A stretch of DNA of 20,000 nt. It comes from an uncultured virus (IMG/VR IMGVR_UViG_3300021400_005359). Its lineage: Duplodnaviria > Heunggongvirae > Uroviricota > Caudoviricetes. The notes under the pieces were generated by a model that saw only the letters and a program-made list of their open reading frames with translations, was not told the DNA's origin and did not search any database. Shown piece by piece: positions 1 through 7,710 of the stretch. Location of the stretch: the IMG/VR virus record IMGVR_UViG_3300021400_005359. One strand, written 5' to 3'. The position numbers and the translations under genes are program-made. How positions within the stretch are numbered: the stretch's first letter is position 1; every line of letters begins with the position of its first letter.

Positions 1-234
1 AACTCTCTTACTGAATTTTTCAGTAAATACAGCCTCTTCTTCATTTAAATCAAAAATAATATGACCTAAATCTATATGATAAAAATCTTCATCTTCACTA
101 AATTTACAAATATCCAAAACATCTTGAGGAATAGAAGAAACATCTTTAATTGGAATTTTTACTGTATCAACAGAAAAAGGATATTTATTTGAGGAATAAA
201 ATTTTCCATTATAATTTACTTTTAATAATTTCAA
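1..234 (-). CDS. Hypothetical protein, partial (3' end runs off the left edge)
   Basis: Translated by hand: TTG start at 234 preceded by GGAGGT SD. The frame is open to position 1 (MKLLKVNYNGKFYSSNKYPFSVDTVKIPIKDVSSIPQDVLDICKFSEDEDFYHIDLGHIIFDLNEEEAVFTEKFSKRV...). Not in the ORF track because it is truncated. Confidence 0.8.
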   Translation of the reverse strand, partial: MKLLKVNYNGKFYSSNKYPFSVDTVKIPIKDVSSIPQDVLDICKFSEDEDFYHIDLGHIIFDLNEEEAVFTEKFSKRV

Positions 235-263
235 TGAGTTTTACCTCCAATTTTTATAAATAT

Positions 264-291
264 ATTATACCATAAAACCACTAAAAATCAA
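264..291 (-). promoter_or_regulatory. sigmaA-type promoter for the partial CDS
   Basis: Minus strand TTGATT (291-286), 16-nt spacer, extended -10 TGGTATAAT (272-264). Confidence 0.6.
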
Positions 292-331
292 AGAAAAACA
301 ACTAAAATCATAGAATATCAATATTAAAATA

Positions 332-360
332 TTGAAAAATTTTCAAAAAAAATATAAACT
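332..360 (+). promoter_or_regulatory. sigmaA-type promoter for the TIGR02452 gene
   Basis: TTGAAA (332-337), 17-nt spacer, TAAACT (355-360), then GAAAGGA SD before ATG 389. Confidence 0.5.
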
Positions 361-388
361 ATAGATATAGAATGAAAGGATTTTTTTT

Positions 389-1219
389 ATGAATAAATTT
401 GATGAACAAAAAGTTTTAAGAACCGAAGCATTTCTTGACACTTTAAAGCTTTTAGAAAAAGAAGACATAAAGAAAAAGTTAGAAAATTCAAGAACAAAGC
501 TTTATAGAGAAGACAAAGAAATAGAAATAGAAAAGCAAAATAGAAGAGGAGAAATCTTAGTTTTAAAAACATCCACCCTAAATGCTTCTAAAAATTTCAA
601 AGATAAAGTATGCATATTAAACTTTGCATCTGCAACAAATCCAGGTGGTGGAGTTAAGAATGGTTCAAATGCTCAAGAAGAATCAATTTGCAGAGTAACA
701 TCTCTATATAAAGAACTTTCAACTCAATTTCTTTTTGACAATTTCTATATGTATCACAGAGAAAGAAAGAACACTTTATATACAAACAGAATAATCTATT
801 CAGAAAATGTATTAGTTTTAAAAGAGGATTTTGCTCCATACAACGCTTTTAGTGAAGATAGTCAAAGATTTATTAATGTAATTACATCTCCAGCCCCAAA
901 TATTAGAAATTTACAAGGAATAAAAGAAGAAGAGCTATTAGATATTCTAACTTCAAGAATTATAAGAATATTAGAAGTCGCAATAGAAAATAAAAATACA
1001 AACATAGTTTTGGGAGCTTTTGGATGCGGAGCTTTTGGCAATCCTCCTAAAATCGTAGCAAAAGCTTTTAAAAACGTTTTGTTTGATAAAAATTATAGAA
1101 GATATTTTGATACAATCATATTTGCAATTCTTGATAGTAAAAATACAAATAATTTTGAAATTTTCGAGTCAATACTTAGAGACCCACAGCTTATAGATTG
1201 TAGACCAGAAATTTTATAA
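389..1219 (+). CDS. TIGR02452/DUF2263 family protein (bacterial PARG-type macrodomain, putative ADP-ribose glycohydrolase)
   Basis: Motifs LNFASATNPGGGVKNGSNAQEESICR (GGG-x6-QEE catalytic loop) and LGAFGCGAFGNPP; 276 aa; good SD. Confidence 0.9.
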   Translation: MNKFDEQKVLRTEAFLDTLKLLEKEDIKKKLENSRTKLYREDKEIEIEKQNRRGEILVLKTSTLNASKNFKDKVCILNFASATNPGGGVKNGSNAQEESICRVTSLYKELSTQFLFDNFYMYHRERKNTLYTNRIIYSENVLVLKEDFAPYNAFSEDSQRFINVITSPAPNIRNLQGIKEEELLDILTSRIIRILEVAIENKNTNIVLGAFGCGAFGNPPKIVAKAFKNVLFDKNYRRYFDTIIFAILDSKNTNNFEIFESILRDPQLIDCRPEIL

Positions 1220-1225
1220 GGACTA

Positions 1226-1360
1226 ACTGTTAAGTAATCAAAAACATAGAAATATGTAGTCAAACATACTCAAAAGTGGACACAATTAAGCCTTTTGAGT
1301 ATGGACTTAACAGTAGGTTTCGAGCCCGAATTTGAGCATATTTGTATACAAATGACATTG
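1226..1360. ncRNA. Structured intergenic element (candidate ncRNA or mobile-element end remnant)
   Basis: Perfect 10-bp IR ACTGTTAAGT (1226-1235)/ACTTAACAGT (1305-1314). It encloses ACATA-GAAA-TATGT (1244-1257) and a perfect 12-bp IR CATACTCAAAAG (1265-1276)/CTTTTGAGTATG (1292-1303). It is followed by TTCG-AGCC-CGAA (1319-1330) and a 14-bp palindrome ATTTGTATACAAAT (1340-1353). Confidence 0.5.
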
Positions 1361-1378
1361 TTTTATAAGGAGATTTTT

Positions 1379-1639
1379 ATGTTTAAAATAGTTTTATTAA
1401 CAATTCTAGCTGCAACTTCAATTAATTTGCAAGTTCCAAAAGAAAATAAAGTCATAATAGAAAAAAAAGACCCTGCAGTTTTTACTTTTAGAGATGATGG
1501 TTTTACTATCAAAGCTCCAGAACATATAGACGATAAAATAATTATAAAACCAAAATATAATTTTGATTATGACTACGATTTAAAAGAAAACGAATATAAA
1601 TTTATTTTATTGAGCAATGAAAAAATTTACGATTTGTAA
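1379..1639 (+). CDS. Small hypothetical exported protein (86 aa)
   Basis: AAGGAG SD at 1367-1372 favours ATG 1379 over the track's TTG 1295. N-terminus MFKIVLLTILAATS is signal-peptide-like. A terminator follows directly. Confidence 0.7.
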   Translation: MFKIVLLTILAATSINLQVPKENKVIIEKKDPAVFTFRDDGFTIKAPEHIDDKIIIKPKYNFDYDYDLKENEYKFILLSNEKIYDL

Positions 1640-1671
1640 TAGAAAGAGGGTATTTCCCTCTTTCTATTTTT
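1638..1671 (+). terminator. Intrinsic terminator
   Basis: AATAGAAAGAGGG-TATTT-CCCTCTTTCTATT followed by T run. Confidence 0.85.
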
Positions 1672-1755
1672 GTCATAAAAAGTTTTAAATGAATTAAAAG
1701 ATTTAAAAGAAAATATAATATCTTATAAAGATATATCCTTTTAGAGGTGATTAAT

Positions 1756-1947
1756 ATGACAAATTTAAAAAATATGATTAAATATTCGCTTGACAATGAA
1801 GTTGGAGGAGCAAATGCTCAAACAATCTTCATAATTGGAGCAAGCTGTGCAGTTATTGTTGTAGCTTACGGTATAAGAACAAGAGTATATAACTGGATTA
1901 AAATGGTTGAAAAAAGAGAATCTCTAACTCTTAATAAAGCAGAATAA
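1756..1947 (+). CDS. Flp/Tad-like prepilin 1 (class III signal peptide)
   Basis: GAGGTGA SD. MTNLKNMIKYSLDNEVG|GANAQ followed by an approximately 17-aa hydrophobic helix. Leader is paralogous to the next two ORFs. Confidence 0.6.
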   Translation: MTNLKNMIKYSLDNEVGGANAQTIFIIGASCAVIVVAYGIRTRVYNWIKMVEKRESLTLNKAE

Positions 1948-1961
1948 AGGAGTTGATATAT

Positions 1962-2168
1962 ATGAAATTAATAAAACATTGTTTAAATAATGAAAATGGA
2001 GGACCTCATTTAGATGCTATTATAGCTCTAACAGTAGGATTCATTATCACATCTGGAATATGGGCTGTTGGAAGAATGATTTGGTTCTTATATTACGATA
2101 CTCCAAAAGCACCAGTTATTGATAGAGTTGGTGAAGGTGCTCAATCTGTAATCGTTGGAACACAGTAA
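1962..2168 (+). CDS. Flp/Tad-like prepilin 2
   Basis: AAGGAG SD. MKLIKHCLNNENG|GPHLD followed by hydrophobic helix AIIALTVGFIITSGIWAVG. Confidence 0.62.
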   Translation: MKLIKHCLNNENGGPHLDAIIALTVGFIITSGIWAVGRMIWFLYYDTPKAPVIDRVGEGAQSVIVGTQ

Positions 2169-2186
2169 TAAGGAGGGATAAATAAA

Positions 2187-2387
2187 ATGAATTTAAAAAA
2201 TAAAATATTATATTCTTTAGATAATGAAAATGGTGGACCATCACTTGAAGTTTTATTCTTATGTATAGTGTCCCTCGGAGCATTTGCAGCTGTTTTAACC
2301 TTAATAAAACCAAGAGTCCACGAATTAAACAGAAAAACTATCAATTTCCTAGCAAAAGGAAATGGTTTTCAAAATACTGGAGCATAA
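2187..2387 (+). CDS. Flp/Tad-like prepilin 3
   Basis: AAGGAGG SD. MNLKNKILYSLDNENG|GPSLE (canonical Glu+5) followed by hydrophobic helix VLFLCIVSLGAFAAVLTLI. Confidence 0.68.
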   Translation: MNLKNKILYSLDNENGGPSLEVLFLCIVSLGAFAAVLTLIKPRVHELNRKTINFLAKGNGFQNTGA

Positions 2388-2420
2388 AAATAAGAGGGTT
2401 TAAAACCCTCTTATTTTTTT
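2386..2420. terminator. Bidirectional intrinsic terminator
   Basis: AAAAATAAGAGGGTTT-A-AAACCCTCTTATTTTT between convergent genes. Confidence 0.9.
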
Positions 2421-2422
2421 CA

Positions 2423-3229
2423 TTACTTTTGAGTATTAAAATACTTATTAATAAAAGTATTAATTGAATCCATATCTTCTCCCATTTCTGAAGAAGTATC
2501 AATACTTCCTTCTGGAAGGAAAAGATAATTTTTGTTTTCATCAATAATAAGATTTCCATCTTTATCTCTTTGAACAGGTTCTTGTTCAAAGTCACCAGTA
2601 ATAATTCCAAACATATCAGTAGCTGAATATTTATAGTAATAGTCAGTACCCCTAATATCATTAACTATTGGATTGTATTCAATAATAAAGTTACCAACAA
2701 GTTTTGTTACTGATTCTCCAAGAGTAAATCTTTCATTGTCAATACCTTCTGCTGTCTGATAAATATATTCAAGTTCCATTGATTGTCCTTGAATATATAA
2801 AGCATAAGACTTAAGCATATTAGTATAAAGTTCTTCATAGTCAGCATTTTTATCACTAGGAGCATTATTTTCCATTCTAGAAATAATTTCTCCTTCAGCA
2901 ACAATTATATTAGAAAGTTCTTTCTTTTCTGCTTCAGAATAAGAAGAATAATCTCTAGAAATTTTTGCTGTATTATCAAAAGCTACCATATTTTCAATAA
3001 ATGCATCATTTTGTTCTATTAAAAATCTCCCATATTCATTTTCATAATTATAATCATAAAAATAAATAGTAAAACCAGTAGTATAGTTAAAATACTTGTA
3101 GATGGCAAGTAAAAGTAAGAAAATAGTAACAATTACAAGACATATAATTCCTAAAACTTTTAAAATTTTTTTAGTTTTAGAAGGTTTCTTTTCTTTAACT
3201 TTTAGCTCTTTAGTTAGTTTATTACTCAT
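2423..3229 (-). CDS. Hypothetical membrane-anchored protein (268 aa)
   Basis: GGAGG SD; basic N-terminus, one TM helix (VLGIICLVIVTIFLLLLAIY), then an acidic, probably helical, extracytoplasmic domain. Confidence 0.85.
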   Translation of the reverse strand: MSNKLTKELKVKEKKPSKTKKILKVLGIICLVIVTIFLLLLAIYKYFNYTTGFTIYFYDYNYENEYGRFLIEQNDAFIENMVAFDNTAKISRDYSSYSEAEKKELSNIIVAEGEIISRMENNAPSDKNADYEELYTNMLKSYALYIQGQSMELEYIYQTAEGIDNERFTLGESVTKLVGNFIIEYNPIVNDIRGTDYYYKYSATDMFGIITGDFEQEPVQRDKDGNLIIDENKNYLFLPEGSIDTSSEMGEDMDSINTFINKYFNTQK

Positions 3230-3240
3230 AAAAAACCTCC

Positions 3241-4098
3241 TTACTCAACTTTTTCAACAAGACCATATTGTCCAAGTATTTCAACAGAATCTTCATAATT
3301 TAAAGGAAGTACAGTCATTTTAATGTAATTTAAATTATCTCCTGAACCAAAAGCATCTCCATTTAATCTACTTAAATCAACAAGCCAATTCCAATCATTT
3401 GAATAAACAAGAACTAAGAATCTATCACCATAATCATTTAAAATATCACATTGAATTTTATCCTGACATAACCATTTCAAAGAATTCCAAGCTCTATCAA
3501 AAACTTCTGTATCTGAAAATACTTCACTGTACCAAATAGCATTATCAACACCAATAAGACCATCTTTATACATATGATAAGTAAATTTCCAAGCATTTGA
3601 AGCAGTTTTTACGTTTTCTTTTGTTAAAGTCTTAGGAACTGTAATTGTTAAAGTTTTATTTCCATCAATTTTTTCTCCATTAGAATCAACATAATCGCCT
3701 CTTTCAATTGTAGCAACATCTTCTAATGCAAGATATTTTTCACTTGTAGTATTTTCTGAAATATTCAAAGTAGTATCTAAAAGATTTTCATTATCTTCTT
3801 CTTTAACAAGGTCTTGATTCATAAGTCCTTCATAATAATAAGTAATAACATTTTCATTTACTCCATATGAAAAGATAGAACCAAGAGATAAATACTGAAG
3901 TCCAAGAGCCTCTAAATAAGTAACTCCCCCTTCAGGTTCTTTATATCCGTAAAGCCTATTTATAGTATCTTGATTAAAAGAAATGTCTGATATTGTATCT
4001 TTCTGGAATCCTAAAAATACTACTAAAAATAAGACTATTAAAGACAATATAGAATATTTAAAATTAGAATCCTTTAAAGATTTTAAAAAACTTTTCAC
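3241..4098 (-). CDS. Hypothetical exported or membrane-anchored protein (285 aa)
   Basis: GTG start with GAGGT SD; N-terminal hydrophobic helix; 11-bp gap to the downstream gene suggests an operon. Confidence 0.85.
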   Translation of the reverse strand: MKSFLKSLKDSNFKYSILSLIVLFLVVFLGFQKDTISDISFNQDTINRLYGYKEPEGGVTYLEALGLQYLSLGSIFSYGVNENVITYYYEGLMNQDLVKEEDNENLLDTTLNISENTTSEKYLALEDVATIERGDYVDSNGEKIDGNKTLTITVPKTLTKENVKTASNAWKFTYHMYKDGLIGVDNAIWYSEVFSDTEVFDRAWNSLKWLCQDKIQCDILNDYGDRFLVLVYSNDWNWLVDLSRLNGDAFGSGDNLNYIKMTVLPLNYEDSVEILGQYGLVEKVE

Positions 4099-4118
4099 TA
4101 AAATAACCTCTTTTCTTT

Positions 4119-4150
4119 TTGAATTTTTTTATAATAATCTATATATTATA
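4119..4150. promoter_or_regulatory. Overlapping divergent promoter elements
   Basis: Plus strand TTGAAT (4119-4124)-17-TATATT (4142-4147); minus strand TATAAT at 4150-4145. Confidence 0.4.
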
Positions 4151-4221
4151 TAAAGAATACTACAAAAAAAGAACATTTAAAATAAAAAATTTGCTTAACT
4201 AAAAAAGAAAGGATTTTTTAT

Positions 4222-5403
4222 ATGGATTATTTCAATAATACGTTAAAAACAGACTTCAAAGAAGTCACTTTTGATTTTCCTATAAAAGAAGTAGTTCTCT
4301 ATAAAGGAATGTACATTGTACTTATATCCCCTTTAGATAACCTTGAGTATCCATTAAATGTATATGGAGTAAATAATCAAGGAGATATAATGTGGAAAAT
4401 TAAGTCTTTTAATGGAGAACAAATAATCTTTGATAAAATAGAAATAAATATTTCTAATGGAAAATTATATTTAAAGGATATGAATCACTTTAAATATGTT
4501 GTAGATGCAGAAACAGGAGAAATCTTGTCAGGTAAAATCAGACCTTTAGAAGAAGATTCTTTTCAAGAGGATAAAAAATCTCCTATAAGTAAAGTAAAAT
4601 CTGCAGCAACTTCATCAAAAAATATGATTGATAAAGCATCTTCATTTAACCCTAAAACAATTCTCATAATTTCTTTTATAATAATTGTATTTTTGTTATT
4701 TAAATTAATGGGAAAAAGTATTGAGATAAACTCTCTTAATAAAAAGAACACAGAACTTTCAAATCAAATAACAGCCTATGAAGAAGCTTTAGTTTTACAG
4801 GAACAAAAACTTAAAACTTATGAAGATTTAATTCTTAATTTAAGAGAAAATTCATCTGGTCTACAATCTTCTCAAACTCAAAATGGAGTAACAATTATAG
4901 ATAGTAACCAAACACAAGAAACTCAAGAAGCACAAGAGACACAAGAAACTACTCCTACAAGAGAAAAGCAAGTAAATAGCGGAGTTTCAACAGTAATTGA
5001 TGTAATTGATTCAATTATTGGAAATGTTTCATCTGGAACTCCTACAACAATAGAAGATGTAAACAAACCTAAATATCAAGAAGGTTACGCAGTAGAAAGT
5101 ATTATAGATGGACAGAGAATGACTATTTCAGATGGTGTGGAGACAATTAATGTTAAACTTATAAGTGTTTCAGAATGTAAAAAAGAAACATTAGAAGCAT
5201 TATTCCCTGTTGGAAGTCAAGTATTTGTAGAAACTGATTCTAAAAAGTACGACGAAGATGGATATCTTCTTGCTTATGTTTGGTCAACAGAACCAAATCC
5301 AAATAATATGAATACTATGGCAAATTACGTAATATTGAAAAACGGTTATGGAAAATTTGTTATGGAATCCCCAAACATTAAATATAACAGATTTTTCTTC
5401 TAA
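4222..5403 (+). CDS. Membrane-anchored multidomain protein with a C-terminal degenerate thermonuclease (SNase)-like domain
   Basis: Beta-rich N-domain, TM helix (ILIISFIIIVFLLF), coiled coil and Q/E/T linker. The C-terminus VESIIDG...VKLISV...GSQVFVETD...DEDGYLLAYVW...MANYVILKNGYG...PNIKY follows the SNase motif order. Confidence 0.75.
   Translation: MDYFNNTLKTDFKEVTFDFPIKEVVLYKGMYIVLISPLDNLEYPLNVYGVNNQGDIMWKIKSFNGEQIIFDKIEINISNGKLYLKDMNHFKYVVDAETGEILSGKIRPLEEDSFQEDKKSPISKVKSAATSSKNMIDKASSFNPKTILIISFIIIVFLLFKLMGKSIEINSLNKKNTELSNQITAYEEALVLQEQKLKTYEDLILNLRENSSGLQSSQTQNGVTIIDSNQTQETQEAQETQETTPTREKQVNSGVSTVIDVIDSIIGNVSSGTPTTIEDVNKPKYQEGYAVESIIDGQRMTISDGVETINVKLISVSECKKETLEALFPVGSQVFVETDSKKYDEDGYLLAYVWSTEPNPNNMNTMANYVILKNGYGKFVMESPNIKYNRFFF
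4912..4947 (+). repeat. In-frame 4 x 9-bp tandem repeat (TQE/TQE/AQE/TQE linker)
   Basis: ACACAAGAA ACTCAAGAA GCACAAGAG ACACAAGAA. Confidence 0.8.
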
Positions 5404-5406
5404 TAA

Positions 5407-5434
5407 AAAAGAGAGGCTTTAAAGCCTCTCTTTT
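5407..5434. terminator. Bidirectional terminator (perfect 28-bp palindrome)
   Basis: AAAAGAGAGGCTTTAAAGCCTCTCTTTT between convergent stops. Confidence 0.9.
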
Positions 5435-6332
5435 ATTTTATATGAGTATGATTCTTTAAATGTTCGCTACAATATTCGTGTTCACCCTCACACTTCGAAC
5501 AATATCTAAATTCAAGATTTGGGTCATCAAGTTCAGTCTTTCCACAAACACAGCACCTATGATAAGCTTTCTTCACTTCAGAACTTGAATCATCCATAAT
5601 CTTTCTAGGTTTCATCTTTACAACATTATCAGAAGCTTCTTGATTTTTTACAGCTTTCTGAACAACATCTCCAAATCTCTTTAACATAGAATTAAGATTC
5701 TTTTGCCTATCTCTTGTTATCAAATAAAAGAATACAAAGTTTAGAATAGATAAAATTCCTTGAACACCAAGACCAATACCTAAAACACCACCAATAATAA
5801 AGTTAATAACGATATTTATAACACTTATTACTCCATAAAGAATTCCAAGCCATTTCATCTTAATAGGAATAATCATCCATAAATTTATCTTAAAATCTGG
5901 GAAAAGAAAAGCAAAAGCTAAAAACATTGTACTAAGAATTGGTCCAAATCCTTGAGAAATTGTTTGACCAGTTATTAAATACACGATTAAGCTTCCAATA
6001 AAATTAAAAAATAGACCGCCAAAGATATAGGCATTATACCAAAACTTTCCCCAAATAGCTTCAAGTCCTTTTCCTATAAAAGAATAAAACAAAATACTAA
6101 ACATAAAAAACAAAATACCTAAAACATCGAATTTATGAGAATCATATAAAAGATAAGAAACAAGTCTCCAAACTTCACCTTGCATAATCTTTGTAAAATC
6201 AAGAGCAAGGTAATTAGCATAAATTGTTTCGTCGGCAACATTTATAAAAAATCCACAAACAATAAATGCCATTATATAAAATGTAAGGTTAGGTATCGCA
6301 AATCTTCCAAGTTTACTTTCTAATTTCTTCAT
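5433..6332 (-). CDS. Rhomboid/Derlin-like polytopic membrane protein with a C-terminal Cys/His zinc-binding tail
   Basis: About 6 TM helices; GEVWRLVSY (WR motif); LFPDFKINLWMIIPIKMKWLG; tail HRCCVCG...RYCSKCEGEHEYCSEHLKNHTH. I recognise this architecture from clostridial membrane proteins. Confidence 0.75.
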   Translation of the reverse strand: MKKLESKLGRFAIPNLTFYIMAFIVCGFFINVADETIYANYLALDFTKIMQGEVWRLVSYLLYDSHKFDVLGILFFMFSILFYSFIGKGLEAIWGKFWYNAYIFGGLFFNFIGSLIVYLITGQTISQGFGPILSTMFLAFAFLFPDFKINLWMIIPIKMKWLGILYGVISVINIVINFIIGGVLGIGLGVQGILSILNFVFFYLITRDRQKNLNSMLKRFGDVVQKAVKNQEASDNVVKMKPRKIMDDSSSEVKKAYHRCCVCGKTELDDPNLEFRYCSKCEGEHEYCSEHLKNHTHIK

Positions 6333-6374
6333 AAAAACCTCTTTTTCTTCATTATTTTTAAAAATCTATTTATA

Positions 6375-6403
6375 ATTGTATCACAAAAACAAAATCTTTT
6401 CAA
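6375..6403 (-). promoter_or_regulatory. sigmaA-type promoter for the rhomboid-like gene
   Basis: Minus strand TTGAAA (6403-6398), 17-nt spacer, extended -10 TGATACAAT. Confidence 0.65.
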
Positions 6404-6480
6404 TTAAAAACAAAAAACCTAAAAATTTTAATAGGATTTGGTCTATAATAAATATATAAGAAAAGTTAAGGAGTTTATTT

Positions 6481-7710
6481 ATGAATATATATAAGAGATA
6501 TTTTAAAATATTAAAACTTCAAAATATATCAGAAGAAAATATAAAAAACATTTTAAGAAATGTACATATAGAAAAAATAACTGAAGATATGGCTATAAGT
6601 ATGGGAAAAATACTTGATAAAATATCTGAAAATGGCGGAAAAGTATCAGCAAGTTGTTTAGATGGTAAAAGCTTAAAAGAACTTAAAGTATTAAAAAAAT
6701 CTTTAGATGAATTTTATTTAAATGGAAAGACTGTTCTCGAAGATGAAAACATAAAAAATATAAAATCTTTATATAAAGTTGTTCAAACAAAAGATTTTAA
6801 TTTAATGACAAAAGAAGAAAAAACAAATTATTTATCAAAAATATATTCTAAGTATGAATCCCAATTAATTAATCTAATGACGATAGAACCTCCAGAGAAA
6901 AAAATGGAAGTTATAAATAAATATTTAGATGAAGAAGTTTTTGACGAAGAAGCATATTTAAAGAAACAAGAAACTCAAAAAGCTCTTAATATATTTAGAG
7001 AATTAGACCTTTTAAATTCTGGAAGAGAAAAACAAGAAAAATTAAGACTTGAAAAAGAAAAAGAAAACTCAATTCTTAAATCTAATGGACAAGAACCTAT
7101 ATATAATAAACAACTTGATAAGGTATATGAAGATAACAAATTGTCAAGAGACAAACAAGATTTCCTTAAATATGCTTATTTTAAAAAAGGCATAGATATA
7201 GAAGAATTTAAGAAAAATATGGGAAATGAAATATATAATTGTTCAGAAGAACAGCTCGAAAATTATGTAGAATTATGGGATAAATATCAAAGAAACTATA
7301 TCTCAAGAGATGATTTTTATTATGGGAAGAATGTCGTTTTCAAAGAAGAAATATCTCAAGAATCAATAGAAGAAATAATAATTCCTATGTTACAAGAAGA
7401 TACGTTAAGTAAAAAAGAAATCGATGAATGTATAAATTCTTCTATAGATGAAGGAGACGAATTTTTCAAAGAAGTAACAAATCTTGCTGTAGCAGCAGAA
7501 GAACACAACTATCCAGAGGCAGAAATAATGGAACTTATAAAAGATGCTGCAGATGAACCAATAGATAAAATTCACGAAGAGGTTGAACTTATCCAAGAAA
7601 AAGGTGATAACGAACTTGATGTGGATGTTTTAGATAATTTAAAAACAGATGAAATAAAAATAATCAGAGACTATGATTTAGAATGTGCTGATAAAAATTT
7701 TGAATTATAA
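6481..7710 (+). CDS. Hypothetical protein (409 aa, charged and helical, acidic C-terminal third)
   Basis: Long ORF, AAGGAG SD, TATAAT at 6444-6449, terminator right after the stop; no motif recognised. Confidence 0.85.
   Translation: MNIYKRYFKILKLQNISEENIKNILRNVHIEKITEDMAISMGKILDKISENGGKVSASCLDGKSLKELKVLKKSLDEFYLNGKTVLEDENIKNIKSLYKVVQTKDFNLMTKEEKTNYLSKIYSKYESQLINLMTIEPPEKKMEVINKYLDEEVFDEEAYLKKQETQKALNIFRELDLLNSGREKQEKLRLEKEKENSILKSNGQEPIYNKQLDKVYEDNKLSRDKQDFLKYAYFKKGIDIEEFKKNMGNEIYNCSEEQLENYVELWDKYQRNYISRDDFYYGKNVVFKEEISQESIEEIIIPMLQEDTLSKKEIDECINSSIDEGDEFFKEVTNLAVAAEEHNYPEAEIMELIKDAADEPIDKIHEEVELIQEKGDNELDVDVLDNLKTDEIKIIRDYDLECADKNFEL

Noticed and set aside
1221..1320. Integron attC site, tRNA or retron msr-msd
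   Set aside because: No proper RYYYAAC/GTTRRRY box pair, no cloverleaf or T-loop, and no integron integrase or reverse transcriptase in the window
1295..1378. N-terminal extension of the 114-aa ORF from TTG 1295
   Set aside because: No SD, the codon lies inside the structured element, and ATG 1379 has a good SD and gives a signal peptide
1756..2387. Double-glycine-leader bacteriocin precursors
   Set aside because: The leaders lack the LSxxELxxIxGG pattern and no C39 ABC transporter or immunity gene is nearby. NExG plus an acidic/amide +5 residue and a TM helix fits class III prepilins better. Not fully excluded.
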